Source of the DNA: Bacteroidales bacterium
GTDB taxonomy: Bacteria; Bacteroidota; Bacteroidia; Bacteroidales; UBA12077
Direction: 5' to 3'
Assembly: GCA_030611105.1 (NCBI GenBank)
Contig: JAUWQL010000002.1
Location: forward strand, 6,192 to 70,191
Length of the DNA: 64,000 nt
The notes beneath the pieces were generated by a model. It made no database searches. It had not been told where the DNA came from and worked only from the letters and a program-made list of their open reading frames with translations. The translations under genes and the position numbers were made by a program. Below, piece by piece: positions 1 to 11,600 of the stretch. Within the stretch, counting starts at the first letter, position 1. Each line of letters begins with the position of its first letter.

Positions 1-567
1 TTTTGCAAAAGCGGTGTAAGTAGTTCCTTTGGCATTTGGTACTGAACCATTATAAGGGATTAACAGACCTGCATCTATACACGCTTTTTGTTCTGATTCG
101 TTTAGTTTGCCACGATGATGGAACTGACCGGAGTTATAACCGATTTCTAAAAGCTCTTGATTTAAGTTCCTTGTTTGTAAATATTCCTTTGGTCGTTTGG
201 CTGTTCCGCTATTTATACCTTTTTGGAAGTAGGAATATATCTTGCTTAATATTTCTGTGTGGTTTTTCTTAATTGGTTTTGGTTGGATTACTTTTCCGTT
301 TATTGGTTTTGGTTCTCCAGATAATTCTGCAGCTTTTAATATTCCTTTGTGTTTACTATTTTCTTTTATGCTGCAAAACTCGATTACATCTCCATTCTTG
401 CTACAGCCAAAGCAATTAAATGTATTTGTTTGCGTGTAAATTTTCATGCTTGCTGTCTCATCCGCATGGAAAGGGCATTTTAACATTCCGTTTTTGTCTG
501 CCTGCAAGCTGTAATATTTCAAAACGGTTTCGATACTTAATCGCTGCTTTATTTCTGTGATTTCCAT
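1..567 (-). CDS. DNA primase, CHC2 zinc-finger type (N-terminal 189 aa; gene continues beyond the left edge)
   Basis: Absent from the ORF track because no stop lies inside the window. Reverse translation from the ATG at 567-565 gives MEITEIKQRLSIETVLKYYSLQADKNGMLKCPFHADETASMKIYTQTNTFNCFGCSKNGDVIEF... This is the CPFH..D...CFGC CHC2 zinc finger of DnaG-like primases typical of integrative/conjugative elements. The frame stays open to position 1. Confidence 0.75.
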   Translation of the reverse strand, partial: MEITEIKQRLSIETVLKYYSLQADKNGMLKCPFHADETASMKIYTQTNTFNCFGCSKNGDVIEFCSIKENSKHKGILKAAELSGEPKPINGKVIQPKPIKKNHTEILSKIYSYFQKGINSGTAKRPKEYLQTRNLNQELLEIGYNSGQFHHRGKLNESEQKACIDAGLLIPYNGSVPNAKGTTYTAFAK

Positions 568-659
568 AGCTTAAAAATATTTTTATCTGATTTGGATATT
601 ACAAATTAAAATATAAATCTCCATACAAGCAACTTAATGTTTACAAAAAGGATATATAG

Positions 660-690
660 TTGATAAAATTATCTTTATTGGCTATTTTTG
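660..690 (+). promoter_or_regulatory. Candidate Bacteroidota sigma-A-type promoter for the XRE gene
   Basis: TTG at 660-662, a 20-nt spacer, then TATTTTTG (TAnnTTTG -7 box) at 683-690, 25 nt upstream of the ATG at 716. Confidence 0.35.
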
Positions 691-715
691 TGCTATAACA
701 TCAATAATCTACACA

Positions 716-1081
716 ATGAAGCTTGCAGAGAATATAAAGAAGCTAAGAGAAGAAAAGGGATTTCTTCAAAAGCAAGTTGCTGCAGAAATAGGTTTAAAAC
801 CTGCACACTATAATAAAATTGAAAAGGGCATTGTTGAAGCATCTGTTGAGATTCTCGATAAACTAGCCAATCTATACGGTTTAACCATTGACCAGATTGT
901 ACATCTTGAAAATGACATACCTAAAGAAGTTACTATTGAAGATAAAGGATTAATTGAACAGGTTAAATTAATTCAGGAACTGGACGAAAAGGACAAGAAA
1001 ACTATCTTTAATATTATTGATACAATGCTTACTAAAAACAAATTTAAAGACTTCTTTAATAAAAATATTGCTGCTCTATAA
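716..1081 (+). CDS. XRE-family helix-turn-helix transcriptional regulator
   Basis: N-terminus IKKLREEKGFLQKQVAAEIGLKPAHYNKIEKG matches the Cro/C1 HTH_3 pattern. Divergent from the primase gene. Confidence 0.85.
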   Translation: MKLAENIKKLREEKGFLQKQVAAEIGLKPAHYNKIEKGIVEASVEILDKLANLYGLTIDQIVHLENDIPKEVTIEDKGLIEQVKLIQELDEKDKKTIFNIIDTMLTKNKFKDFFNKNIAAL

Positions 1082-1094
1082 AATCGGTTATCAT

Positions 1095-1532
1095 ATGCCT
1101 TGGAAGAATATTAACGAAAAATTGAAGTTTTTTATTTATGCTTCTACGATAATTGGGATCATATTTACTTTTATGAAGTACCTTTTAGATAATGGCTTTA
1201 TCATATATAAAGAACAACTTATTTCAATACCCTTTCTACTACCGTATAATAAATATTTCGCTTTAGCTGCAATAATCCCTGCTTTAGTCGCTTTTATTTA
1301 TATCGTAGTGTTAATTTACCGTTTTATGACTGCGAGAAGTATTCCTGATTCTTGGTCTGTTTTTTCATTTCTTATATTTATTTCTCTTCCAATGATATGG
1401 AGTGGCATTCTTAAATTATTATCTGAACCACTACCCGTTTTTGACCTTTCGGTTGGATTACTATTTTTTATTCCTCTCTCAATATATGTGACCAAACTTT
1501 CTTCTAGGGTACTAAAAATAATATTTGAGTAA
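1095..1532 (+). CDS. Hypothetical integral membrane protein
   Basis: ATG at 1095 within track ORF 1017..1532. The earlier start would overlap the XRE gene. About 4 hydrophobic segments; no recognisable motif. Confidence 0.5.
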   Translation: MPWKNINEKLKFFIYASTIIGIIFTFMKYLLDNGFIIYKEQLISIPFLLPYNKYFALAAIIPALVAFIYIVVLIYRFMTARSIPDSWSVFSFLIFISLPMIWSGILKLLSEPLPVFDLSVGLLFFIPLSIYVTKLSSRVLKIIFE

Positions 1533-1535
1533 AAA

Positions 1536-1570
1536 CAAAACCCAGCCTCTCTCAAGCTGGGTTCATTCTC
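1536..1570. terminator. Bidirectional hairpin terminator between convergent genes
   Basis: AACCCAGC (1539-1546) pairs with GCTGGGTT (1556-1563), flanked by A-rich and T-rich runs. Confidence 0.5.
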
Positions 1571-1647
1571 TATTTTGTTCTCTTTCCTTATATCCAGAAA
1601 ATTAATTTCGTTTTCATTCGTTTTGAGCTCGGCAATTGAGTTTTTAT

Positions 1648-2193
1648 CTAATTCGCAGGAAATAATTTCTCGATTTCTTCCTTACAAATAGTACGTTCCT
1701 TAACTAATTCTCCTTTATTTGAATATTGCAATATCGTAAAAGTACAGCATTCTGTTTTTTTAACATTCATCATAATATTACCATCTTCATAATAAACAAT
1801 AAAATCCTTAGCTATTTCACCATTATTAAAGAATATTTCCTTTTGCAACTTACCATTGCTATAATAATAGCTCCATAACCTATCTTTATTTCCATTCTTG
1901 TAAAACCCTACTGCATCAATTATATAATCTGAATCATAAATAGTTACTGAATCACTTATAATTATATGTGGGTTTGTATATTCTGTATCTTTATCTACAG
2001 ACATTAATTCATATGTATTAAGTGGCGTAAAGAAAAGCCATTTACCAAACCTTTGACCACTATCATTATATTGATTTAAAGTATCACCTTTAAATACTGT
2101 ATAATCTTTATACACCTGAATAGCATCATTTTGGGAATGTGATGCTAATGTATAGAAAGATGCTAGTATTGTTATTAATAGTTTTATTTTCAT
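1648..2193 (-). CDS. Secreted YwqK/MORN-repeat-like protein, candidate immunity protein for the upstream RHS toxin
   Basis: Signal peptide MKIKLLITILASFYTLASHSQ. Repeats of the G.W..YY.NG type (FYKNGNKDRLWSYYYSNGKLQKEIFFNNGEI). Starts 6 nt downstream of the RHS stop. Confidence 0.6.
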   Translation of the reverse strand: MKIKLLITILASFYTLASHSQNDAIQVYKDYTVFKGDTLNQYNDSGQRFGKWLFFTPLNTYELMSVDKDTEYTNPHIIISDSVTIYDSDYIIDAVGFYKNGNKDRLWSYYYSNGKLQKEIFFNNGEIAKDFIVYYEDGNIMMNVKKTECCTFTILQYSNKGELVKERTICKEEIEKLFPAN

Positions 2194-2199
2194 TTTTAA

Positions 2200-5100
2200 T
2201 TATCTTAATTCCAGATTAATAGTCGTATTAATAGTCGTTGTTTTTGAATCAAGCCTTTCTAATCGATGTTCTTTTGCTTCTGTTTTAACTTGTTCCTCAG
2301 TCTTATTCGCTTCAACTTCTCGTTGGTCACTTAACTCTTCACCCATATAAAATCCCATAAAACTTGCTATTTGTTCTGATAATTTTATATTATCTGGATC
2401 AGTTGCATGTATTGCTTCATGAGAAGCAACAGCACCTATAGCTTCGTCCATAGTGTATGTTGAATATTCTCCACCTGAGTTTTGGTCTTGAGCAATTGTG
2501 CCTTCAAAAATAGTAATTATTCCATTTCCGTCCGGGTTAAATTCTGCCGTCCCTGTTTCACGATTTTTAATTGGCAATTTAGTTCTTCCTAATGCTGTAG
2601 GGTCTACATCTGGACTAAGAACAAGTTGTATACCATAGTCAGCATTTACTAAATTATTAAATTGTTTGGTTCCTGTCGGAGTTGACATCATTGCATTTCC
2701 AATTTTCATTGCTCCCACTGAGGCATTTTTTGACCAACCAGTTTTATTTGAATAAATTACATTCTTATTTGCATCTACAATATCATTTCCATCAGGGTCA
2801 ATAAAACGGATAGGGTTATTAACTGCATATACATAAGGCGAAATAGAATAATACTTCTCTGCTTTATTATCTATCACTCCCCACCTTTCATCCATCTTAA
2901 AGCGAGCACCATAATCGTCCCACATTAATCCAAATTCGTCCTGTCTCTCTTTACCATTATATAAATATTTTGTGGGTAGTCCTGTACTGTAATTCAATCC
3001 TGCTAAAGTCATTCCAAACGGATAATAGTGTGCCTCCTGCAATATTTCGGCTGTACCTGTTCCATCATCGGTAAACATTACACGGTTATTGCCCAAATGG
3101 TCTTGTAAGTAATATTCATAACGGTATTCACTGTCAGGAATGGTTATCCTTCCTTCATCGGTGTGGATCAGCTCCAACTCGCCTTCATTATATTCAAAAT
3201 TTCCTACATAATGCCTGTCAGAAATCAAACTACCGGATTCATACACTTGTTTCCTTAATTTAACGCCTGCTGCATTATAAGTAAACTCTAAACGGTTTCC
3301 GCTGCCAAGATCAACTATTGCAGGTAAATTCAAATAATTATACTCAATATTAACAATTCCTTTATTATCATCAATAAACATGCTGCCATTTGCATCATAT
3401 AAGTACTCGTGCGTATTTATATCGTTTACGTCCGGTACAACAACACTGCCATTGTCTGTAAAATCATCTTCCAATTGCCCGCTAATAACATCATTCTTAG
3501 CAATTAACTGGTTACCGTTGTAATAGAAAGTTAAATCGTCTATTGTACTGTTTTGCCCTTCTCTTATAAGTGTCAAGATATTTCCGTTAGCATCATAAGA
3601 TATTCCGGGAACATCATATTTGCTTAAATCTGCCCACGTACCGGACTTTTCGCCGTAATTAGCTTTTGACAAGCGGTTAATAGCATCGTACTTGAAGCCG
3701 TAACCACGAATTCCCGTGTTATAAGCTGTTTGCCATTTCATAGCCGAGATATTGCCGTTAAACTGCCGATCTGCTTCGTCATTAAGGGTTGGCAGAATAT
3801 CGTTATAATGCAACTGCATTGCAAACATATCTTTTGGCTCACCTGTTTGTTGTAGGTTATCTGGATTGTTGATACTTGTAAGCCATCCACGTATATTATA
3901 CTCGTAATCTATTTCCTGCAAAAAGTTTCCGGAAGCAGATTCATGTAATTTCTTTTTAATAAGCTGCCCGAGTTCATTGTATTCCATAGCAGCCATCAGC
4001 ACTTCAGGGTTTGTGCCCACCTGATGATGCACTTCTGTTAACCTGAATGCATGATCGTAATCGAATTCTTGATTTATTTCAACTGATGTTGCTCCTGCAT
4101 TCTTTACATGAATTTGTTTTGTTTTTAAAACTGTACCTACAAAATCGTATTTACTTAGAAACAGGTCATCGCCACCCAAATAATTCTCGGCGTATGCCCT
4201 TAAAACCCGGTATTTGTCGTCGTAAAGGTTTACAGATAATAAATAACGATCTTCGGTTCCCAACACTTTAGTCAAGGTTCCGGTTACCAAACCTTTTACT
4301 GCATAGTTAATTTCCGAAACAAGATAATCATCATTGTCAATAGATTCTGCATAATCACGAACATTATCGAATGTACCTATAGGGTTTTCATCGAAATTGT
4401 AATTATCGTAGTAAGTAACTGTTAATATTTCATCGTTAGCATCCAGTTGTGGAAACGATTGGTTAGTATATCCAAAATCAGCATTATCATAATCAGTACC
4501 TACAGGTATTTCTTCGTAGAAAATATCCATCTGGCTATTTACAGTATCCTGCATTGTAGTTTGACTAATTGTACTTCCGTAAGCATAAATACCTGTCAAT
4601 ACAGGACGATTTAATACATCGTATTTGGTAAACATCCATTTATTCGCATCGCATAAGTTCCCGTCCTGTGTTAAAACAATTCGGTCGCGATTGTCGTGGA
4701 CAAGGTAAACAGGTTGTGCGCCAGGGAGTTTCTTCTGTGTCATCCGCCTGCGGCCATCGTACTCGTAGTAATAACATAAGTTATTTATGGTATTTGCATC
4801 TATTGTTCCTGTTGTTTGAGTGCTAATTACCTCAACTGCTTTAGGTGGAATTACATAACGTAATAATCCATAATCGTCATAAACATAATAAGTTTGAAGA
4901 TTTAATCCGTCAGCTGACGGATCGGAAACTTTTAATAAAACTTGCCCCAGCACATTTTTAAACTCGTAAGTCCAAACACCATTTTCATCCCGTGTTCCTG
5001 TTTTATATAAAGTTGCAGGATCATAATTTGGCTTTGCAATTAAGTTATTGTTTTCATCAACTTCAAATAGCTTAACTTCACCTTCGTTGGTTTGGTAAGC

Positions 5101-5604
5101 AAAATGAACCGCATTATCTTCATCGCTGCTTTTTACGGGTTGCCAAACTGTTCCAGGAGCACCCTGCTGCAACACACGGTTTAGTGGTGATTCTTCGAAC
5201 TCAATAACAGCCCATGGTTCAACAGTTTCTGTAGCTTTAAACTCACTCTGATAAAATGCATCCTGCTCGTTTTCTGCTAACTCTCTGAAAAACCCGCCTG
5301 CTGCTTCGGAAACATATGGCAAAAACTTCTTCGACTCGCGGCCATATTCATCGTATTCAACATGTTGAATCATATCCTTACCATCAGGGCTAGCTCCTAC
5401 CTGAATACTTTGAATGGGGCGACCTAGGCCATCGAAATAACTTACCGAGATGCTTTTATCATTTATTCCAGTTGTTGGTACTGTAGTACCCGAAGTATAA
5501 ACTTTTTCGATGATAAAGTTTTGGGTATTCTGAGATATTGCACTACTTACTCCAATATATAAGAAAAGCATGCAAAAAACTGATATATTTAATAGATTTT
5601 TCAT
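2200..5604 (-). CDS. DUF6443-type RHS/YD-repeat polymorphic toxin with a C-terminal HExxH (zincin-like) toxin domain
   Basis: Signal peptide. N-terminus SYFDGLGRPIQSIQVG...YDEYGRESKKFLPYVS is a DUF6443-like pattern. Many YD repeats (YDANGNILTL, YDAINRLSKANY). RHS core end is YVYAVNNPIRFIDPDG. A 194-aa tail follows and contains SHEAIHATD (HExxH at nt 2406-2421). Confidence 0.9.
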   Translation of the reverse strand: MKNLLNISVFCMLFLYIGVSSAISQNTQNFIIEKVYTSGTTVPTTGINDKSISVSYFDGLGRPIQSIQVGASPDGKDMIQHVEYDEYGRESKKFLPYVSEAAGGFFRELAENEQDAFYQSEFKATETVEPWAVIEFEESPLNRVLQQGAPGTVWQPVKSSDEDNAVHFAYQTNEGEVKLFEVDENNNLIAKPNYDPATLYKTGTRDENGVWTYEFKNVLGQVLLKVSDPSADGLNLQTYYVYDDYGLLRYVIPPKAVEVISTQTTGTIDANTINNLCYYYEYDGRRRMTQKKLPGAQPVYLVHDNRDRIVLTQDGNLCDANKWMFTKYDVLNRPVLTGIYAYGSTISQTTMQDTVNSQMDIFYEEIPVGTDYDNADFGYTNQSFPQLDANDEILTVTYYDNYNFDENPIGTFDNVRDYAESIDNDDYLVSEINYAVKGLVTGTLTKVLGTEDRYLLSVNLYDDKYRVLRAYAENYLGGDDLFLSKYDFVGTVLKTKQIHVKNAGATSVEINQEFDYDHAFRLTEVHHQVGTNPEVLMAAMEYNELGQLIKKKLHESASGNFLQEIDYEYNIRGWLTSINNPDNLQQTGEPKDMFAMQLHYNDILPTLNDEADRQFNGNISAMKWQTAYNTGIRGYGFKYDAINRLSKANYGEKSGTWADLSKYDVPGISYDANGNILTLIREGQNSTIDDLTFYYNGNQLIAKNDVISGQLEDDFTDNGSVVVPDVNDINTHEYLYDANGSMFIDDNKGIVNIEYNYLNLPAIVDLGSGNRLEFTYNAAGVKLRKQVYESGSLISDRHYVGNFEYNEGELELIHTDEGRITIPDSEYRYEYYLQDHLGNNRVMFTDDGTGTAEILQEAHYYPFGMTLAGLNYSTGLPTKYLYNGKERQDEFGLMWDDYGARFKMDERWGVIDNKAEKYYSISPYVYAVNNPIRFIDPDGNDIVDANKNVIYSNKTGWSKNASVGAMKIGNAMMSTPTGTKQFNNLVNADYGIQLVLSPDVDPTALGRTKLPIKNRETGTAEFNPDGNGIITIFEGTIAQDQNSGGEYSTYTMDEAIGAVASHEAIHATDPDNIKLSEQIASFMGFYMGEELSDQREVEANKTEEQVKTEAKEHRLERLDSKTTTINTTINLELR

Positions 5605-5690
5605 CTTACTTTGAGTTTATCTTGAACAAAACTGAATATGAGATACTGTTTTTCCCTCTTTATTTAATGATTCCTTTTTCATAATATTGA

Positions 5691-8600
5691 TTATAGTCTT
5701 ACTAGTCCTTCTTTTTCATAATTTTTATTACTTATAGCCTGCGTTACATTGCTATATGAGTAGTATTTTGGACTATAGTCTCCATATGGATAAGGATATA
5801 TTGAACCATTCCATCCATAAGGAACATAAACTGTATAATATCCTTCAGAATTTGTGATAGCTGTATATGTTCCTGTTTCAGAACCTTTAGCATCTGTCAT
5901 AATAACATCTCCAATACCAAATTCACCTAACCATGGACTATAACTATAAATTCTCCCACTTATTGGAATCATTATAACCTCTCCTACGAAGTTTTGGTTA
6001 CTTTTATTAGCAACTACAGCAGAACTATAATTTCTTGTTGATGTTGAGAATGTGTAACCAGTTTTAGAAACAGAAATAGATCCGGTCCATCCATGATTCA
6101 CACTAAAAGAATAATAACCTGTAGATGAAGAAGTTTTTGTTCCACCTGTACTCATTGACAGGCTTGCTCCAGAAATAGCATTTCCATCGTCATCTTTAAC
6201 ATATCCTGTAATAGTATAAGTTTTTAGGGTTGCAGTAAAATTTTGATTTGATTTTGTATATGTTATACTACCAGGACTAATAGAACTGGGAGAAAAAGTG
6301 TAACCAGTCTTGCTTGGTGTTATCGTGCCATTCCAATTGTAATTAACATATTTATAATAATAACCTGAGCTATTAGTTGTAACTGTTCCTAAACCGCTAA
6401 AAGAAACACTTACTGAAGATAATGCTGAACCATCTTTTGTTATGTAACCTGAAACCTTATAAGTTTTTAAAGTTGCAGTATAATTTTGAAATGATTTAGC
6501 TACTATCACGTTTGAATAATTTATATATTCTGGTGAAAAATTATAGCCTGTTTTTGATGGTGTAACTTTACCTGACCAACCATATGCTACACTCTTCGTA
6601 TAATTGCCTGAAGAATTAGTATAAACATCGCTTAATCCTTCAAATGTTAATTTTACATTAGATAATGCAGAACCATTATATGATATTCTTCCAGAAATTG
6701 TTTTATAAATCTTAGTCCCTTCAAAATTAATATTAGAGTAGTTGGTATTTATATTATTTACTTCAAATGGTAAGCAGAAATTAGGGTCAACGCATTTGCG
6801 TTCAAATTCATATCCGTATTTTGATACAGAGATTGTACCACTCCAACCATATTCTGCTGTCAGGGTGTATGTACCATCAGAACCGGTAACAAAAGAATCG
6901 CTGTTATCGGACAATTTTACTGTAACTCCTGATATTCCTATAGGGTGATAATCACGAATTGTTCCTGAAATTGTATAAGTATTAATAGTGCCATCAAAAT
7001 TTTGATTTGATTTAACAGATGTAGTAGAACTAATTGGGATTGAGCCTGGAGAAAATGTATAACCTGTTTTGGAAGGTGTAATACTCCCTTCCCAACCATA
7101 ATCCACTGTTTTTTCATAGTATCCGGAACTATTTGTTGTTACAGATCCAAGACCACTATATGCTACACTTACTCCTGATAAACCAACACCATCTTTCTTT
7201 ATATGTCCAGATACTTTGTATGTTTTTAGGGTCGCAGTATAATTTACTATTCGTTGCATAGAAACGACTTCTGAATAATCGGTATATATTGGATTGAAGT
7301 CATAACCTTCAAATATAGGCGTTACCCGACCAGACCAATTATAATCAACATTTTTACTAAATACTCCATTTGAAGAAGGATTAGTACTACTTAAATCAGA
7401 AAATGTTACTTGCACATTTTCTACAATATCATCTATCCCATTAATGGTTCCACTAATTGCGTAAGTCAATTTTGTTCCTTCAAAATCAATATTGTTATAA
7501 ATTTGATCTAAGTTATTGATTGAAAAAACAGAACATAACTCGATACAATTATCTTTCTCAAAAGTATAACCTGTTTTTGATACCTCTACATATCCATTCC
7601 AACCATATTCTGCTGTTAAAGTATAAATACCGTCAGAACCGGTTACAAAAGAATCACTATTATCAGATAATTTTACAGTAACGCCTGATATTCCAACAGG
7701 ATGATAATCATGAATTGTTCCTGATATAACATAGGTATTTATTGTTCCTGTGAAATCTTGGTTTGGCTGATCCAAAATAACTCCAGGAGAATCATAATTG
7801 TGCAATGATGTTGTAAAACTATATCCGGTTTTAGATACTGATATAGTTCCTGTCCAGCCATGATTTACTGTAAATGAGTATAAACCTGTTGATGTAGTTG
7901 TTATTGAACTCTGCCCTGTAATTGAAACTTCTGCTCCTGAAAGTCCAACCCCAGACTCGTCTTTTACTTTTCCGGAAATTTCATAGTTTTTTATAGTACC
8001 GTTATAATTTTGAATAACATCAGAGATTTGATTAGAATATGTGAATTCTGAATTTGCAAAAGTATATGCAGGATGAGAAACAGAAACAGTACCATTCCAA
8101 TCATAATCGACTGTAAAAGAATATGCTCCGGATGCTGTAGTTGTAACACTTTGTCCGGAATTAGTTGTAACTAGTACACCTTCAATGTTGTTATTATTTA
8201 TATCTTTAATAACACCACTTATACTCAGAGGAGTCCTTTGTAATACTATATCACCTATAGTAACATCAGTAATTACATTTGGATCGACAGTTATAGTTAA
8301 GTCCTCAAAACTATTTTTATTAATTGTAATGTTTGAATTAACATAACTCCAATTATAGTATACTTCCAAATCGAAGTTACCCTGATCATCTGTATTTGTT
8401 CGAGCATAAACAAATGCTTCATGATTAAAATCATATTCCATTATTGCGTTTACTTCTGCATCAATAACAGGATCTCCATTTGAATCAATAACTCTACCAC
8501 TGATAATCGGCTTGAATAATGTAAAATTCTGATTTGTATAATTCTGTTGTATATTAAAAAATTCATACTGTGAAAAAGGTTTATTCAAAGAAGTAACCAG

Positions 8601-11600
8601 ATAAGTCGGTGCATATATTGAAATTAATACGGAAGTACCATACTCTACATTAAATTCGTAATATCCATTCACATCTGTGTTAGTGTAATCATCTATATTT
8701 TCAATTCGATGTACAACAGGCTGATCATATCGATCAAATACATACCCGGAGATAGTGTAGGATATACGACTCGCATTAATAATATCTAAGTTAAGATCCT
8801 CACCTAATTCCGAAATATTTAATGTTGCAATATCATAACCTTCTTTCTCGAAACTTATACTACCGTTAAAAGACCTATCGGCTAATAATGAAAATCCTCC
8901 AGTATCATCTGATACAGTAGAAACACCATTGCTTAATCCTACTATAACTCCTTCAAGACCAGTTGCATCTAATTGAATTGTACCTGAAATCTCAATAGGT
9001 TCATTGTCTGTTTGATAATAATACTCATATTCCTTTAATAAATTAGTATCATTATCTCTAACATTAGTTAATCTGCCCAATCCATCGTATTCGTAATGTG
9101 TAATTTTACCGTTCGGATCGGATTGGGAGGTCATCCCAGTTAAGAGATCATAAGTATAAGTTGTAACATTTGCTGAAGGTAAACTATCACGCAGCACATT
9201 TATTTTATCTCTTATTTCTTGGTCACTTAAAGTGTTTAATTTCAATTTATTTAACTCTGTTTGACCTATTGCTGCTTGTATTTCATTGTATGTGCAATTT
9301 TCGATTCTGGCAACTGGTAGTGTGCTGTTGTAACCCCATATGTAGGATACAAACATATCATTTATTTTATGAAGCTGAATGATGTTCCCGTATTCATCAT
9401 ATCTGTCAAAAACTACTCTTCCTTTATAAGCTCCATTCTCATAATTAAAGATTGTATCTTTCGAAATAATATCATTTTGACCTAACTTATAAGAACTTAA
9501 AGAACCCTTTATTTTTGTATTACCTTTGAAAGTCTCTACTTCTACTTTTTCATTTATTATATTCTTAGAAAATAGAGCACTATATAAACTACCACTTAAA
9601 TCATAAGGGTAATAGTAATTATTTTGTAATGTTTCTTCTTCACCCAAACTAAAATTCCCTATTTTTTTAGTTTCGATCTTAAGTTGATTTTTAGAATCGT
9701 ATAAAAACGTTTTAGACTCTGTAACATCATAACCATTTAGGTTTTTTATTGTATTTGCTAAGCTAAGGAGTCCAATCCCTCCTTTTATCTCATATGTACG
9801 ATGATCAATAAAATATTTGGTAGAATCTTCCCATTCATCCGCTAAGCATGATATTCTTTCAAAACCCGCTTTTAAAGCAAAAAAATCAGTATTTTCAATT
9901 AAATCATAAATATTAATAGTTGTAACTACTTTCTTATTACTACTATCTAAAACTGTTTGTTTAATTAAATGGCCTCTTTTCCAATCTTCACTTTCAATTG
10001 GTGGATATGGATTCATATTATATCTGTAATCTCTATATTCTTTAGGTGATAAAAATTCATATATTGTTTTTCCATTATCCTCAGACGATGACAAATATTC
10101 TGTTACTGTGGAATATCCAATATGGCTTCCTTGCGTATTTCCTAGTGGACAATAACTCCCTGAGTTGCGAGTATAATATTTGCATTCTTCCAAACCAAGA
10201 TATTTATTTATAAAATCATTGTAAAGGATACCATCATAATGTGGTTTGCCTGAAGCTAAGAATCCACTCGACTTGGCATCATCAAGCAGTTGTGTATATT
10301 CATAATTCTTTTGACTAACAATTATGTTTTCACTACTATAATTGGATATTTGCTTTATACGTGCACCTCCGGCGTCAGAATTTACTATGCTGTTAAATCC
10401 ATATTTTTTATAGCTTAGTAATAAATTTGATGAAAAATTTGATCCATTATCCCAACCTTCACGTTTTAATGAAATCCTATACCAACCTTGACCAAGTATT
10501 AATTGTTTAATCAACAAACCATCCGGTTCGCCTTCATCCACAGTGAAATTATTCTCATTATAGGTGTAGGAATTTCTGCCATTATCAGTTATATATGTAA
10601 ATTCAGCTACATTATGGTGTGGATCCCCTGTTAAAACTGTAATTGGTTCAACTACAGCTACAATAGGATTCTCAAACTCATCCCAACCAATTAGCGGTGA
10701 TAAACTAAAATCCATGTAGCCATTTTGGTTAAAATCAATATTCCTATATGTAACAATTTCATCATCATCAGGAGTAAACTCAAGAAATGCATCTACATTA
10801 ATATTTTCTGCGGGGATTGTTTCATCGTAATAATCATGTCCTTCGAATATAAATCTTGTATATCCACCAGTTGGGTAATCAATTCTATTTATCAATCCAC
10901 AAGTACTATACGAATTGTGAGCTTCTCGATCTGCCCCTTCTTGGAATGCATCTATATCTTCTGGGATAAAAGTAGTCGTATTGTTAGCACCATTATAATA
11001 TCCCCAATGATCTTGATTATAAGATCCACGAGAAGGTAAATTACTATTATATGAAAATTTATATGCTGGAAGAGATAGGCTTTCATCGCCAGAGTATTCT
11101 TTAATTGAATCTAACTTTAACCTGTAATTTCCATAATAAGTAAGAACTCCACTTTGAAAATAACTATGTCCTAATTTAAATCTTTTAATTTCTGTATCTG
11201 TCCTTCTATCCCTTATATGGATTGCCTTCAAATAAGATCCTGAACCATCCATCAAATCACTTCGAGGTTCAGTACTAGGTATAAATTCAATAATTTGATT
11301 ATCTGTAATTATTTCATGAATTTTATATGAAACGATCGTAGTCACACTAGTTCGTTTGTTATTATCTAATTCACTGCAACCGCTAGTGGAACTTGTTTGT
11401 AATGTATATGCAGTCTCTGTGATGCTATTATCATAAATTTCGAGAGGGTTAACTTGGAATTCACTTTCACAAGGTGCAAATAAGTCAATCTCATCATAAT
11501 AAGTAATATTTATTTCATCTTCTTCAAAAGGACTTGTTATTTTTGTTAAATACCATGCCGATACATAGCGTATTTCAGAACGACTCGTAACTTCACTAGA

